Origin: Octopus sinensis
Lineage: Eukaryota
Direction of reading: 5' to 3'
NCBI RefSeq assembly: GCF_006345805.1
Contig: NC_043018.1
Span: 22,258,001 to 22,322,000, forward strand
DNA length: 64,000 nucleotides
Below, in pieces: positions 1-12,525 of this stretch (its first letter is position 1; the number at the start of each line of letters is the position of its first letter). A program made the position numbers and the translations under genes. A model generated the notes under the pieces. It ran no database searches. It had not been told where the DNA came from and was given only the letters and a program-made list of their open reading frames with translations.

Positions 1-735
1 CTACACAAGCATGTAGTATGTTATGTATATATGTAGTAATATATATATACATAACACAAGCATGTATGTATTTAATGTATATATGATGTAATATATATAT
101 ATATATATATATATTTTATATAATATAATTTATATATATATATATATAGATATATATTAATTATATATATATATATATCTTATAATATAGTGTAATGTAT
201 ATATATATATATATATATTATAATTATATATATATATATAACAATCATGTATGTATGTATGTATGTAATATATATATATATATCATATATATATAATATA
301 CAAGCATGTATGTATGTATGTAAAGTATGTATAATATATATATATATATATATTACAAGCATGTATGTATGTATTAATATATATATACATACACAAGCAT
401 GTATGTATGTAATATATATATATATATATAATGTATATATATATATGTAATGTATATATATATATGTAATGTATATATATATATGTATGTATATATATAT
501 ATATGTAATGTATATATATATATATATATGTAATGTATATATATATGTAATGTATATATATGTATATGTATGTAATGTATGTATATATATACATATATGT
601 ATGTAATGTATATATATATGTGTATGTAATATATATATATATATGTGTATGTAATATATATATATGTATGTAATATATGTATATATGTATGTAATATATA
701 TATATATATGTGTGTTTGTGTGTGTGTGTATATAT
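1..735. repeat. Compound (TA)n/(TATG)n/(TG)n microsatellite field
   Basis: (TA)n interrupted by recurring units such as acaagcatgtatgtatg and gtaatgtatatat. Confidence 0.95.
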
Positions 736-754
736 ATATATATACATACACGCA

Positions 755-915
755 ATGAGTCGAAACCGGGGCAGCTGAAGAAGGGGAATGCTCCCTTGTG
801 TTGTATGTGTTGCACTCTGTTTTTGCGTTGTTAAAAAAAGTCCGTTTCCTTGTTTTGTTTCTATGTTTTCGTTTCTCTTTGTGTTCTACGTTTATTTGTG
901 GTGTCCTGTACTCAT
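755..915 (+). mobile_element. Possible Penelope-like pseudo-LTR fragment
   Basis: gtcgaaaccgg followed by ctgaagaaggggaatgctccctt and a T-rich tail, between microsatellites. The layout resembles the hammerhead-bearing fragments elsewhere in the window but is incomplete. Confidence 0.3.
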
Positions 916-1000
916 ACATGCATGTATATATACATATAGATGTAGGTATGTACATATATGTATGAATGTATGTATGCATATGTTTTATTTATTAAATTGT

Positions 1001-1037
<37 letters not shown>

Positions 1038-1404
1038 GATGTAGGTATGTACATATATGTATGTATGTATTTTATTAAATTATATATATATATGCACACA
1101 TATATACACATGTATATACATATATACATATATACATATGTATTTTAATCTGACACGAATGTATTTTCTTCTACGTTTGTTTTCCTTCGTTTGTTATCTA
1201 TTTCCAGTGTAATACGTGCCAACCGTAGCCATCACCACTAGTTTACAAGTTCTGGTGTCAATCCAGCCATTATCTCAAAAGTGATGTAGCGTGCTTCATC
1301 TATCTCTACATCTATTTAATCTTTAAGATGCTTTTAATCTAATCTTGAAAATCTGCTTTATCCCTACTTCTTACGAAGGTTGGGAGATGGCACAACCATC
1401 AGCG

Positions 1405-1570
1405 CATTTCTTCAGACGCTTCACGTTCCGAGTTCAAATCCACCCGCCTTCCATCCTTTCGGGGTCGATAAAGCGATAGAGTGAGTACCAGTTTAGCACT
1501 GAGGTCGATACTATCGTCTAAACGCCCCACTCCACTTAAAATTAATGACCTTGTGCCAAAATTTGAAGCC
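1405..1570 (+). mobile_element. SINE family C, old partial copy
   Basis: cgttccgagttcaaatcc...ccttccatcctttcggggtcgataaa...gtaccag...gccaaaatttgaagcc matches the other C copies. Confidence 0.6.
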
Positions 1571-1631
1571 ATTCTTATTTATTATCAGTTTTTCTTTCCC
1601 CTCTCTTTATTATATGTATATATAGGCTTAG

Positions 1632-2022
1632 GGTGGAGGCGCAATGGCCCAGTGGTTAGGCCAGCGGACTCGCAGTCGTAGGATCGCGGTTTCGATTCCC
1701 AGACCGGGCGTTGTGAGTGTTTATTGAGCGAAAACACCTAAAAGCTCCACGAGGCTCCGGCAGGGGATGGTGGTGATCCCTGCTGTACTCTTTCACCACA
1801 ACTTTCTCTCACTCTTACTTCCTGTTTCTGTTGTACCTGTATTTCAAAGGGCCGGCCTTGTCACTCTCTGTGTCACGCGAATATCCCCGAGAACTGCGTT
1901 AAGGGTACACGTGTCTGTGGAGTGCTCAGCCCCTTACACGTTCATTTTCACAAGCAGGCTGTTCCGTTCATCGGATCAACCGGAACCCTCGTCGTCGTAA
2001 CCGACGGAGTGCTTCCATCCCC
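1632..2022 (+). mobile_element. SINE family B, full length, inserted into the head of a family A copy
   Basis: A-box-like tggcccagtgg, B-box-like ggtttcgattccc and 3' end gtcgtcgtaaccgacggagtgcttcca. 10-bp TSD ataggcttag at 1622-1631 and 2023-2032. Confidence 0.92.
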
Positions 2023-2030
2023 ATAGGCTT

Positions 2031-2415
2031 AGGAGTGGCTGTGTGGTAAGTAGCTTGCTTACCAACCACATGGTTCCGGGTTCAGTCCCACTGCGTGGCA
2101 CCTTAGGCAAGTGTCTTCTACTATAGCCTCGGGTCGACCAAAGCCTTGTGAGTGGATTTGGTAGATGGAAACTGAAAGAAGCCTGTCGTATATATATATA
2201 TATATATATATATATACTATATATATGTGTGTGGTGTGTTTGTTCCCCCAATATCGCTTGACAACCGATGGTGGTGTGTTTACGTACCAGTAACTTAGCG
2301 ATTCGGCAAAGGTTTCAATAGAATAAGTACTAGGCTTACTAAGAATAAGTTCTGGGGTCGATTTGCTCGGCTAAAGACGGTGCTCCAGCATGGCTTCAGT
2401 CACAAGAGTAAAAGA
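2031..2415 (+). mobile_element. SINE family A (tRNA-like head, CORE-like segment, internal microsatellite, conserved tail)
   Basis: aggagtggctgtgtggtaag...gggttcagtccc...ggcaccttaggcaagtgtctt...(TA)n(TG)n...ttgacaaccgat...ggtgctccagcatgg. Repeated many times in the window. Confidence 0.9.
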
Positions 2416-3390
2416 TATATATGAAAGAGAGAGGGGGGACAGACACTAAAATGTGTACACACACACACACACATTATATATATGAACACTTATTCACACA
2501 CATACATATATATTTACGTATTACACGGAGATGTCTACGGATAGTATTTACAGAGGTAAGATCCTTCCTTCCCATATTTTCCATAGACGATAATTATACA
2601 CACACACACACACACACGAACAACACTTCAAATACTAACCTTAGACATTTCCGTATGAGTTGTGTGTATGTGTGTGTGTGTATATATATATCTGTGTGTG
2701 TGTAAATGCATATACATATATATGTACACACACTAGTGAAACGATTGTTGTTATATATATATATATATATATATATACGCACACACACAGACACACACGC
2801 ATAACATCAGTTGAATGGTAACAGAAATAGCGTGCAGTGGGGGTGACAAGGCTAATTAAAGAGTTATGTTATCAAACAATGTATCTCTCCTGTGTAATCA
2901 CATAATGGATGCACTCCAGATAATTGGGCAGCGTATAAAGAAATCGGGTCACACAGACATACAAGTGTGTTTCAATATGTATATATATATATATATATAA
3001 TATATATATATATATTATATATATATATATATATATGTTTGTGTGTATGCGCTCGCAGAAGTAGTATGCCCACATTGTTCAGAAGTATTATACATACATA
3101 TATTATAATGGCTATTTGTATATAGAAAAAAATACAAACTTGAATGTAGAACCGAAAAACAGTTTATGAAGTAGTTTTGGAGCATTTATATTAGCTGTGA
3201 GCTATAATCACATATAGAACAGCCTCGCTTTAATCTCCCTCTGATTTCAAGTAATGGTGAGGAAAGTATATATACACACATGTGTATATGCACACACATA
3301 TATCTGTGTGCATATATACACACGCGCGAGTGCATATATATGTGTGTATACACATACACGTGTGTGTATATACACGCATTTTGTACGTGA

Positions 3391-3570
3391 ACGCGTGTGT
3401 ATCGTTGGCGATTTTCTTTTTCCGTCTTCCCTTTTTCTATGTTTCTGACGAAGAGCTCCGCTCGAAACGTTAAATCCTCCTTCTTCCTTTCCTTTCCTGA
3501 GCGTCCAATAACACTATACTTGTTTTGAACGTCCTCGCCTGTGTTTTCTCTTTCTTCATGCTTGGATTAA
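3391..3570 (+). mobile_element. Penelope-like pseudo-LTR fragment with minimal hammerhead motif
   Basis: ctgacgaagagctccgctcgaaacgtt at 3445-3471. A paralogue lies on the minus strand at 50376-50529. Confidence 0.55.
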
Positions 3571-3579
3571 CTCTCTCTG

Positions 3580-3640
<61 letters not shown>

Positions 3641-4188
3641 ATATATATAATATGCATTATGTGTGCACACACTCATACATACTTGTATATATGGCAGTAA
3701 TGATTTGTACAAAAAGAGCTGAATTATTATCACCTTGTATTCATAGAGTAAAATATGTGTTGTGTAAGTCGCAGCATCCTCGGTTTTTGACCGGGTTCAA
3801 AGGGAATAGTTCTTAGAGTGATCTCTATTATATGGTATCTAAGACGTTTGGAGTATTTCAACAAGAAACAGAAATGAAAGTGAAACGCAAGTTCTAAACA
3901 ACCGTTCTACCCGGATCTCAAGCAAGATTTATTAAGGAAAGAAAAAATACTAATAACTGACGTTTTCTTGATAACGTCTGTATAATATTTCAAAATATAT
4001 TCAAACGATTTATATTTCAAGAGAAAACATGCTTAGAGTACCATCTGAACTTTTGGAAACGCGGAACTCGGAGTACTGGCAACTATAAGTTTTTTCAGTC
4101 ATAATGTATTATAGAATAATACTCCCCCTTTTAATGGGTTACGTGATTTATTGCTTCTCTGAGAATCAACAGAAATACACATGTATCG

Positions 4189-4570
4189 TGGCACTCCGTC
4201 GGTTGCGACGACGAGGTTTCCAGTTGATCCGATCAACGGAACAGCCAGCACGTGAAATTAACGTGCCAGCGGCTGAGCACTCCACAGCCACGTGTACCCT
4301 TAACGTAGTTCTCGAGGAGATTCAGCGTGACACAGAGTGTGACAAGGCCTGGCCCTTTGAAATGCAGGTACAACAGAAACAGGAAGAAAGAGTGAGAGAA
4401 AGTTGTGGTGAGAGAGTACGGTAGGGTTCGCCACCAGCCCCTACCGGAGCCTCGTGGAGCTTTAAGTGTTTTCACTCAAACAAACACTCACAACGCCCGG
4501 TCTAGGAATCGAAACAGCGATCCTGCGACCGCGAGTTCGCTGCCCTAACCACTGGGCCATTACGCCTCCA
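4189..4570 (-). mobile_element. SINE family B, diverged full-length copy
   Basis: The reverse complement aligns end to end with 1632-2022. Confidence 0.9.
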
Positions 4571-5216
4571 CACACGTATATATATACACATATATACATA
4601 CCTGCACGCATACACATCAGTGAGTATCATATTTTGCTCCCACGTGTAAGAAAACCCATCCTTTGTTCATTGTAACATAATAATAGACCCGCGAAATAGT
4701 AAAATATGATTCTACCTGGAACGAAACGCTTAGCGAAAGGCTTCGTAATTCTCTCAAAAGAAAATTACGATATGCGTTGGTGTGATATTCCTTGACTAAT
4801 TATTTTATCATCGATTGCAGCATTTTAAAATAATAAAGATTATTTCTTGCAACAGAAACGTCTCCTGCTCGTTTGCTGCTTTACAGGTGAATGCACAGGT
4901 GCACATGCATTTCATGTTTAGCCATGTGAGTGAATTTTGTCAGACTTCCCTCGTAAAGAATTTGTAAACCATTTTCTCCTAAAAACGAACTTGTATGCAA
5001 AATAGAATTCATTAAATCAGTATTTATGGATGTCTAGATGAGAACATATTGGATTATGTTAATGGCCCTTCCATTCAGCTATTTTATGTCGCGTATGAGT
5101 TTGCTTCCGCGCATCTATGTGCGTACACAGGTATGACTAAATATGTATGTTAATGCGTATGTATAAGATACCTGGATAAATGGATGCTCTTGAAAGGGAT
5201 GCAAAAAAACCGATGT

Positions 5217-5249
<33 letters not shown>

Positions 5250-5479
5250 GTGTGTGTGTATTGGGGGAGAGAGACAGAGCGGTTTGGCAGATCTAAAAAC
5301 ATGAATATCCATAGTATCTTTCAATACTTTTAATCGGCAGCAAGTCACAAAACAGACTCAAAGACCGTTAGATTCGTATATGGCACTTACAGGAATAAGT
5401 TACTTAAAAAAACAAACAAACAAACTTTATACTGATTATAGACAACAAAAAAGTGTGTGTCGATTATTATTATACTATT

Positions 5480-5850
5480 AAGGTGGTGAGCTGACAGAAT
5501 CGTTAGCACGCCGGGCGAAATGCTTAGAGGTATTTCGTCTGCCGCTACGTTCTGAGTTCAAATTCCGCCGAGGTCGACTTTGCCTTTCATCCTTTCGGGG
5601 TCGATTAAATAAGTACCAGTTACGCACTGGAGTCGATGAAATCGACTGAACTCATTTGTCTGTCCTTGTTTGTCCCCTGTGTGTTTAGCCCCTGGTGGGT
5701 AGTAAAGAAATAAGTATTTCGTCTGCTGCTACGTTCTGAGTTCAAATTCCGCCGAGGTCGACTTTGCCTTTCATTCTTTCGGGGTCGATGAAATACTAGC
5801 CCCCTCCTCCCAAATTTCATATATTGTACCTTTAGTAGAAATGATTCTTT
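5480..5850 (+). mobile_element. SINE family C, long form (body repeated at 184 bp)
   Basis: Head aaggtggtgagctgacagaatcgttagc, B-box-like gagttcaaattcc and central gcctttcatcctttcggggtcgat. gtatttcgtc recurs at 5530 and 5714. Confidence 0.9.
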
Positions 5851-5867
5851 TCCTTATTGATATTGTC

Positions 5868-6206
5868 AAGGCTGTGAGCTGGTAGAATTGTCAGCGTGCC
5901 GGACGACTTTGCCTTTCATCCTTTCGGGGTCGATAAAGTAAGTACCAGTTTCCCACTGGGTCGATATAATCGACTTAATCTGTTTGTCTGTCCTTGTTTG
6001 TACCCTCTGTGTTTAGCCCCTTGTGGGTAATAAAGGAATAGGTATTTCACCCGTCGCTACGGAGCTCAAATTCCGCCGATGTCAACTTTACCTTTCATCC
6101 TTTCGAAGCCGATAAAATAAGTACCAGTTGTAACACTGGGGCCAATGTAATCGACTCACCCCCTCTCCCAAAATTGCTGCCCTTGCGGCAAAATTTGAAA
6201 CCATTG
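5868..6206 (+). mobile_element. SINE family C, long form with internal deletion
   Basis: Head joined directly to gactttgcctttcatcc. The tail gaataggtatttc runs into a second body that ends aaatttgaaacc. Confidence 0.8.
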
Positions 6207-7229
6207 TTGTTATCATCATTATTATTATACTCCCCCTATTGGGAGTTTTTCGTTGTTATAATTTTTGATTGTTACACTGTTTTTACACGGTTTTTTACAA
6301 ACGGACAAAAACCTTTGTAACCTTTCGTCTTGTTTTGTCCCTTTTTTGTTATGATTAATTTTTGTCAGCCCTTGTGGCCAATAAAAGAATTAATTATTAT
6401 TATTATTATTGTTAACAATTAAGTTTACTATGGGAGTGAACGCAAGGGCCTGGGCATTCATGCTACAGCACTTAATGTTTGATAGCTATTAGACACGAAT
6501 CTCTAGGCCTTTCAGTCGGTCTTGTTGCAGTCGTAGCTGAAGAAAGATGATATAACTTGCACTTCACGTACTCAACTCTCCTTCACTCGTTTCTAATACC
6601 AAACGCACCTACGCACATACGAACACTTAGTAATTAGACGCACACATCCACCGCAGGTTACAATCACAATTAGTCCTAACGAGAGAGAGATCTCTTTCAT
6701 TGCGTTCCTCTTTCACATGTGTGCGTTTATTCATGTACATAACTCGATACACCTCCATTTAGTACGACATGTAGCATGTCACGTGATTTTGGAATTTGCC
6801 AAAAATCACCTGACGACGTGGGATAGCTGCCAATGATCCCTGCTACGTTCGTATCACTTGATGTCGAAAGCCGCTGGAGTTGCTTCATGTTTCGTTTATA
6901 TTTCAACACATGGCAACAGGCTCGACGTATATAATTGAAATCTGGATGGGAGCAGATCTCAATCAACCTCTTGCAAGCTGCTGCTGCATCATTTATTCTG
7001 GCTCGTCTTGTTTATGTTATTGAAAAAAATGTACACCACGTAATACACACACATATATATGCGTTATATATATACACACACATATATATATGTACATACA
7101 TTTATGCATACACATATATACACACACAAACAAATATACATACATACATATACACATACAAACATATGCACACATATATATGTCTATATATATATGTACC
7201 CATGCTTATATATACACATACACAAATAT

Positions 7230-7283
<54 letters not shown>

Positions 7284-7821
7284 TAAATATACACACACAC
7301 ATATACACACCCCCGTCTATTTACACATATTGGCAACATCATATATAGGATTGTATATACAATGAGTGGCAAAATCTTAGATCAGCATCTGAAACACAGC
7401 ACGGTAGTTTTATGAACGAAATTCCATATATTTACTCGCTAAACTCGGACGAGTCTTTATTATCTTTCTCTGACGAAGCAGGATGATTCCCTGCCGAAAT
7501 CCAGGCCCTTATATGAGTTAAGTCTAATCTAGATATATTTATTTATTATCATGTGTGTCTCGGTTGTTGATTTGCCAGTTCGTGTTCGTGTGTGTGTGTG
7601 TGTATAGGTGTGCTAAAACTCAATGCCTGAAAGAGGGAAATTATGCTACTTCTACTGAAAGGCAGACGACGGTACTTACATACATAGATAAACTCCCCCG
7701 ACCATCCCCCACCCCAGTCATGATAAAGAATCTAGTAGAAAGAAGAAATAGGAAAACACCCTACTTACTTTCCCACAAGGTTATTTTTAGCCGTGTCGAT
7801 CCAATTATAATACTAAAATAC

Positions 7822-8222
7822 AGCTGTGTGGTAGTAGGTTTGTTTCCCAACCACATGGTGCCGCGTTCAGTCCCACGGCGTGGCATTTTGGGCAAGTGTC
7901 CTCTACTACAGCCTTAGGGCCAACGAAAGTCTTGTGAGTGAATTTAGTAGACGGAAACCGATAGAAGTCTGTCGTATATATGTTGTGTGCATGTGTTTCA
8001 TTGTGTGAGTTTGTCCTTCACCCCCACCACCCCATCGCTTGACAACCATATGTTGGTGTGTTTACCTCCTCGCAACTTAGCGGTTCGGCAAAATAGACCG
8101 ATAGAATAGGTGTCAGACTTTGAAGGAAAAAAAAACAAGTACTCGGATCTAGTCATTTGACAAGAAATTCTTCAAGTCGGTGCCCCAGCCTGGCCGCTGT
8201 CTAATGATTGAAACAAATTAAA
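7822..8222 (+). mobile_element. SINE family A, diverged
   Basis: Head, core, TG tract and tail are all recognisable. Confidence 0.8.
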
Positions 8223-8302
8223 GAAAAAGGAAGAATTTCCAATCAGAGACACACAAAATAATTCGTCCGAAACGAAGAATACTACGAGTATAATGCCATC
8301 AT

Positions 8303-8683
8303 GCAGGTGTGGCTGTGTGGTAAGTAGCTTGCTTACCAACCACATGCTTCCGGGTTCAGTCCCATTGCGTGGCATTTTGGGCAAATGTCTTTCTACTATA
8401 GTCTCGCTCTGACCAAAGCCTTGTGAGTGAATTTGGTAGACGGAAACTGAAAGAAGCCCGTCGTATATGCGTGTTTGTGTGTGTGTATGTGTTTGTCCCC
8501 CCCCACCGTCGCTTGACAACCGAATGTTGGTGTGTGTTTACGTCCCCGTAACTTAGTGGTTCGGCAAAAGCGACCGATAGAATAAGTAATCGGCTTACAA
8601 AGTAAGTTTTAGGATCGATTTTCTCAACTAAAGGCGGTGCTCCAGCATGTCCACAATCAAATAACAAGCAAAAGAATAAAAGA
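8303..8683 (+). mobile_element. SINE family A
   Basis: Aligns end to end with 2031-2415. Confidence 0.88.
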
Positions 8684-8869
8684 AAAAAATCGGTGCCCCA
8701 GCATGGCCACAGCTCGTGAGCTGAAACTAGAATCAATCAATCAATCAATCATAGTAAGAGTGTAACAATGAACACAACTGCAATATACCCGTTATTAGAT
8801 GAACATTTGTTATTCATAAATTATAAATAATGCAAAAACCAGTTATTGTTGCTGGGAAAATATTGCTTC

Positions 8870-9339
8870 ACAGTTGTCGCAAGTCAAATGAATACATTTC
8901 TAGCTTCTTCAATCTTATCCACCAGCCGACTTGTAATTTCCGAGCTATCCGGTATTTCTCACTAAAATGCTTATGAATTGTTAAGGTAGTGATAAATAGA
9001 ACCAATATTGCACAACTGATAGTATTCGGAGAAAGTACACAGGACTGACAAAGTATACATTTAAGAAAGGTTTCGACCTGCATGTACATTCCTTAAAGTC
9101 TGGACATAGGTTTAACACTACTTCTCTATAAATGAAAGACGTTATTGGAGCTTTCAGCGCGAATGCCAAGCAGTACAGCATGTCATTTCCATATTTCTGA
9201 CAGAGTGAATTGCGTCATGGTGCTGTTTCTCACACAGACGGTGCCTAACTGACCCTACTATACCGTGTTGTCGACAAAATCAAAAACAATGCGCAAATTA
9301 AAAATATAAAATGGCAACAACTTACCATCGCACCCTGTA
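8870..9339 (-). mobile_element. Tc1/mariner 5' relic
   Basis: The minus strand starts TA-cagggtg (a mariner-type terminus) at a (TA)n tract. ATG at 9218 gives MTQFTLSEIWK*HAVLLGIRAESSN, which resembles transposase N-termini as I recall them. No second TIR seen. Confidence 0.5.
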
Positions 9340-9350
9340 TATTATATATA

Positions 9351-9388
<38 letters not shown>

Positions 9389-9441
9389 GAAATATTAAAA
9401 TTACTAAGTCTATCTAAAGGAGATTACGGCAGCGTTACTGG

Positions 9442-9660
9442 ATATTAATAGTTATCGCCATACTAATATGGCAGTCTAAATATAAGACTAAAGCTGTCGC
9501 TGATTAGCTCCAAGAGGCCACTGCCTCTCCTGTTCGAAGGTTGTAATGGACGCAGGTTCGTGTGTCATATAGCTAGCTAGAGGCGGTGGCCTCTTGGAGC
9601 TAATCAGCGACAGCTTTAGTCTTATATTAGACTGCCATATTAGTATGGCGATAACTATTA

Positions 9661-9664
<4 letters not shown>
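9442..9664. repeat. Long inverted repeat (87/86-bp arms, 50-bp spacer), MITE/foldback-like
   Basis: 9442-9528 is the reverse complement of 9579-9664 with 1 mismatch and 1 indel. (TA)n lies on both sides. Confidence 0.9.
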
Positions 9665-9691
<27 letters not shown>

Positions 9692-10494
9692 ATATATATA
9701 TTATATATTATGTGTGTGTGTATTTACATACATACATACACACACGCGCGCGCGTGAATGCAGTAGAGGAGCTATACAAAACGGGTTGTGAATAAGAAAA
9801 TATACAAGCTCATATTTTTTCTTTATGGTCACGTTATGAAATTAGATCTCAGAGCTTTCTGCGGCGGTTTAGGACAATGATTGGTTTAGGCTATTTAATT
9901 TTTATTTAGCACATTCCATGACATCCCGTTCACCTCTCTCTTCAAAACTGCCAATGATATTAGTGGAAAGACTATTTTTTTTCAAAAGATGCAAAGATGA
10001 CTTGTGATTGTCACAGTATATTTACTTAATGATGTAATCTCAGTTTATTGGTAATTGCAGATCTGATAAGTAGCTAGATACTCGAGTTAATAGCTGTGGA
10101 AACGTATTAGAAATGTAAGCTGTGTTAATATTTTTATTTATTTATATGTGAATAATAGATATTTTTATTTGCTTCAACTGCGATTTCATAAAAACAATAC
10201 ATTATTCATAGGCTTCAAACGAAAACATTTTGACCTTAGATGTCTATATGTTTCTCACTAGTCCACTACGAAGTATGGTTTTAATAATTGTAAGAGAAAA
10301 GTAATCGGTTGCTGAAGTAAATTTCATATTTAAATGTAATCTGCTTAAGTTAATTTGATCGACACTTAGAAATAAAACATAAATATCTTATTGATTGCTA
10401 TTAGTGCAACGCTACTAATGGTTTAACTGTCTGTCTGTCCATCCTCATTCACATAGCTTCAGCTGGGTAACGACACATTTGACCCCATTTTAAT

Positions 10495-10737
10495 GCAGTA
10501 TATATATATATATATACATACACACCGGCTGTGAAGTGATGGGGGACAAAAAAACACACAATATCACACACTGAGATACACGCACACACATGTGTATATA
10601 TATGTGTGTATGTATGTGTGTATGTATGTGTGTGTGTGTGTGTTGTGTGTGTGTGTGTGGTGTGTGTGTGTGTGTGTGGTGTGTGTGTTGTGTGTGTGTT
10701 GTGTGTGTGTGTGTGTGTGTTGTGTGTGTGTGTGTGT

Positions 10738-10795
<58 letters not shown>
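10495..10795. repeat. (TA)n/(CA)n/(TG)n microsatellite block
   Basis: Direct reading. Confidence 0.95.
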
Positions 10796-10797
<2 letters not shown>

Positions 10798-10807
10798 TAC
10801 ACAAAGG

Positions 10808-10965
10808 ACAGAATTCCTTTAGTTTCCGTCGACTAAATCCACACACAAGGCTTTGGCTGGCCTGAAACTTTAAACACACTTGACCAAGGCGCCATGCAAT
10901 GAGACTGAACCCAGAACCACATGGTTGGAAAGCAAACGTCTAACCACACATCCAAGCCTGCGCCT
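10808..10965 (-). mobile_element. SINE family A, head and core only
   Basis: gagactgaacccagaaccacatggttgg...cctgcgcct. Confidence 0.75.
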
Positions 10966-11423
10966 AAACAGCAGCCTCTCAATGTTTCTGTATTGCAGAA
11001 ACTTGGCAATACCAAGTGTGTAGATAGACACTAATTTATTTAAGAGCTGTAGCTTTGAAGTAGTTTACTATACGTAAGTACATTCTGCTTACATATCTGT
11101 TTCGAAACAATTTTCCATCGTCAGTTAAATTCATTTCAATTTTCAGAAAATTTAGTATCATCCAAAGAATTTCCCAACACCAGCATCGTCTAGATGTATT
11201 CGTTTTAAACTCACAAAAGGAAACTCTACAAATTTTGATTTTCATTTTCCCCAGAGAAGACAATAAAGATTTTAATGATAGAACAAAGTTTGTAAATGTC
11301 TCCTTTAAAATGTTATTTATCAATCACATTTCCTGACAAGGAGAAAATCTTCTCGAGTCTGTATGTGCGCATGCGCGTATGTGTGTGATTATTGGGAAAG
11401 GGAGACATTTTCTTAGAGATTAG

Positions 11424-11469
<46 letters not shown>

Positions 11470-12129
11470 CGTACACACACAGAAAGATATATCTTTAACT
11501 ATTTATACAAACATATATACATACACATATACACAAAGAAATATGTCTACTTACATATTATATATATGTATATGTGTATATATATATATATGTATATATG
11601 TGTGTATATATATATATATATATGTGTGCGTGTATATATATATATATGCGTATATATATCTATATATATGTATATACGCACACATTTCAGAGTTTCTCTC
11701 ACATCTTAAACACACATGCAGAAATGTAAACAGGCGTGTGCACATGCACACATATCTATGTATATGTATGTACTTGTGTCAGTGTGTGTGTATTTCCGTT
11801 TCTCTCTCATACATAGGCATACGTGCGCAAGCACACACGCTCAATGGAAACAATAATTCTTCATTTGAAATCCGTGTCTTTTTCTGCGTTTGGAAAACGT
11901 AGAATTCTTTGAAAGATTTATACTTCAGTCGTACGATACCTTTGACAGAACTACTGAACGACTTCTTTTACTACGACAGCGATATCTGAATGAATTCTAT
12001 CTATGTCATCCCTTCACTTCGTAAAGAAGCCGTATAAATCTGATACTATTCTTCTTATAACCATCCCCATTATCTGTTTTATCCGAACCCACCAACATCC
12101 ACAATGATTCAAACTACACTGTATCGGTA

Positions 12130-12312
12130 ACAAATTTTGGCACAAGGCCAGAAATTTGGGGGTCAGTTGGTGAGGTAATTATATCGACCCCATTACTCAA
12201 ATGGTACTTATTTTATCGACCCCGGAAGGGTGAAGGGCATAGTCGACTTCGGCTGAGCTTGAACTCAGAATATGAAAACGGACGAAATGCCGTTAAGAAT
12301 TTTGACCGGTGT
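12130..12312 (-). mobile_element. SINE family C, old copy interrupted by a family A copy
   Basis: ttttatcgaccccggaagg...gaactcagaa...gacgaaatgcc. Continues as gtgctaacgac after 12736. Confidence 0.65.
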
Positions 12313-12314
12313 CA

Positions 12315-12472
12315 AGGAGTGGCTGTGTGGTAAGTAGCTTGCTAACCAACCACATGGTTCCGGGTTCAGTCCCACTGAGTGGCATCTTGGGCAATTGTCT
12401 TCTGCTATAGCCCCGGACCGACCAATGCCTTGTGAGTGGATTTGGTAGACAGAAACTGAAAGAAGCCTGTCG

Positions 12473-12525
<53 letters not shown>

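Noticed and set aside
180-1078. Tyr/Ile/His/Cys/Val-rich ORFs here and at 10490, 36545, 40842, 44176 and 47759
   Set aside because: They are translations of (TA)n, (TG)n, (CA)n and minisatellites, open on both strands.
1632-1710. SINE heads as tRNA genes
   Set aside because: A/B-box-like motifs are present but there is no complete cloverleaf. They continue into SINE bodies and are flanked by TSDs.
1767-2251. Recurring peptides MVVIPAVLFHHNF..., GTEPGTMWLVSKLLTTQP and RKDERQSRPRRNLNSE
   Set aside because: They recur only because they lie in SINE copies, and the frames are not conserved between copies.
4888-4926. 39-bp micro-exon (tttacag...cat|gtgagt), and an acceptor at 1206
   Set aside because: Splice-like signals are common in AT-rich DNA, and there is no linked exon or recognisable peptide.
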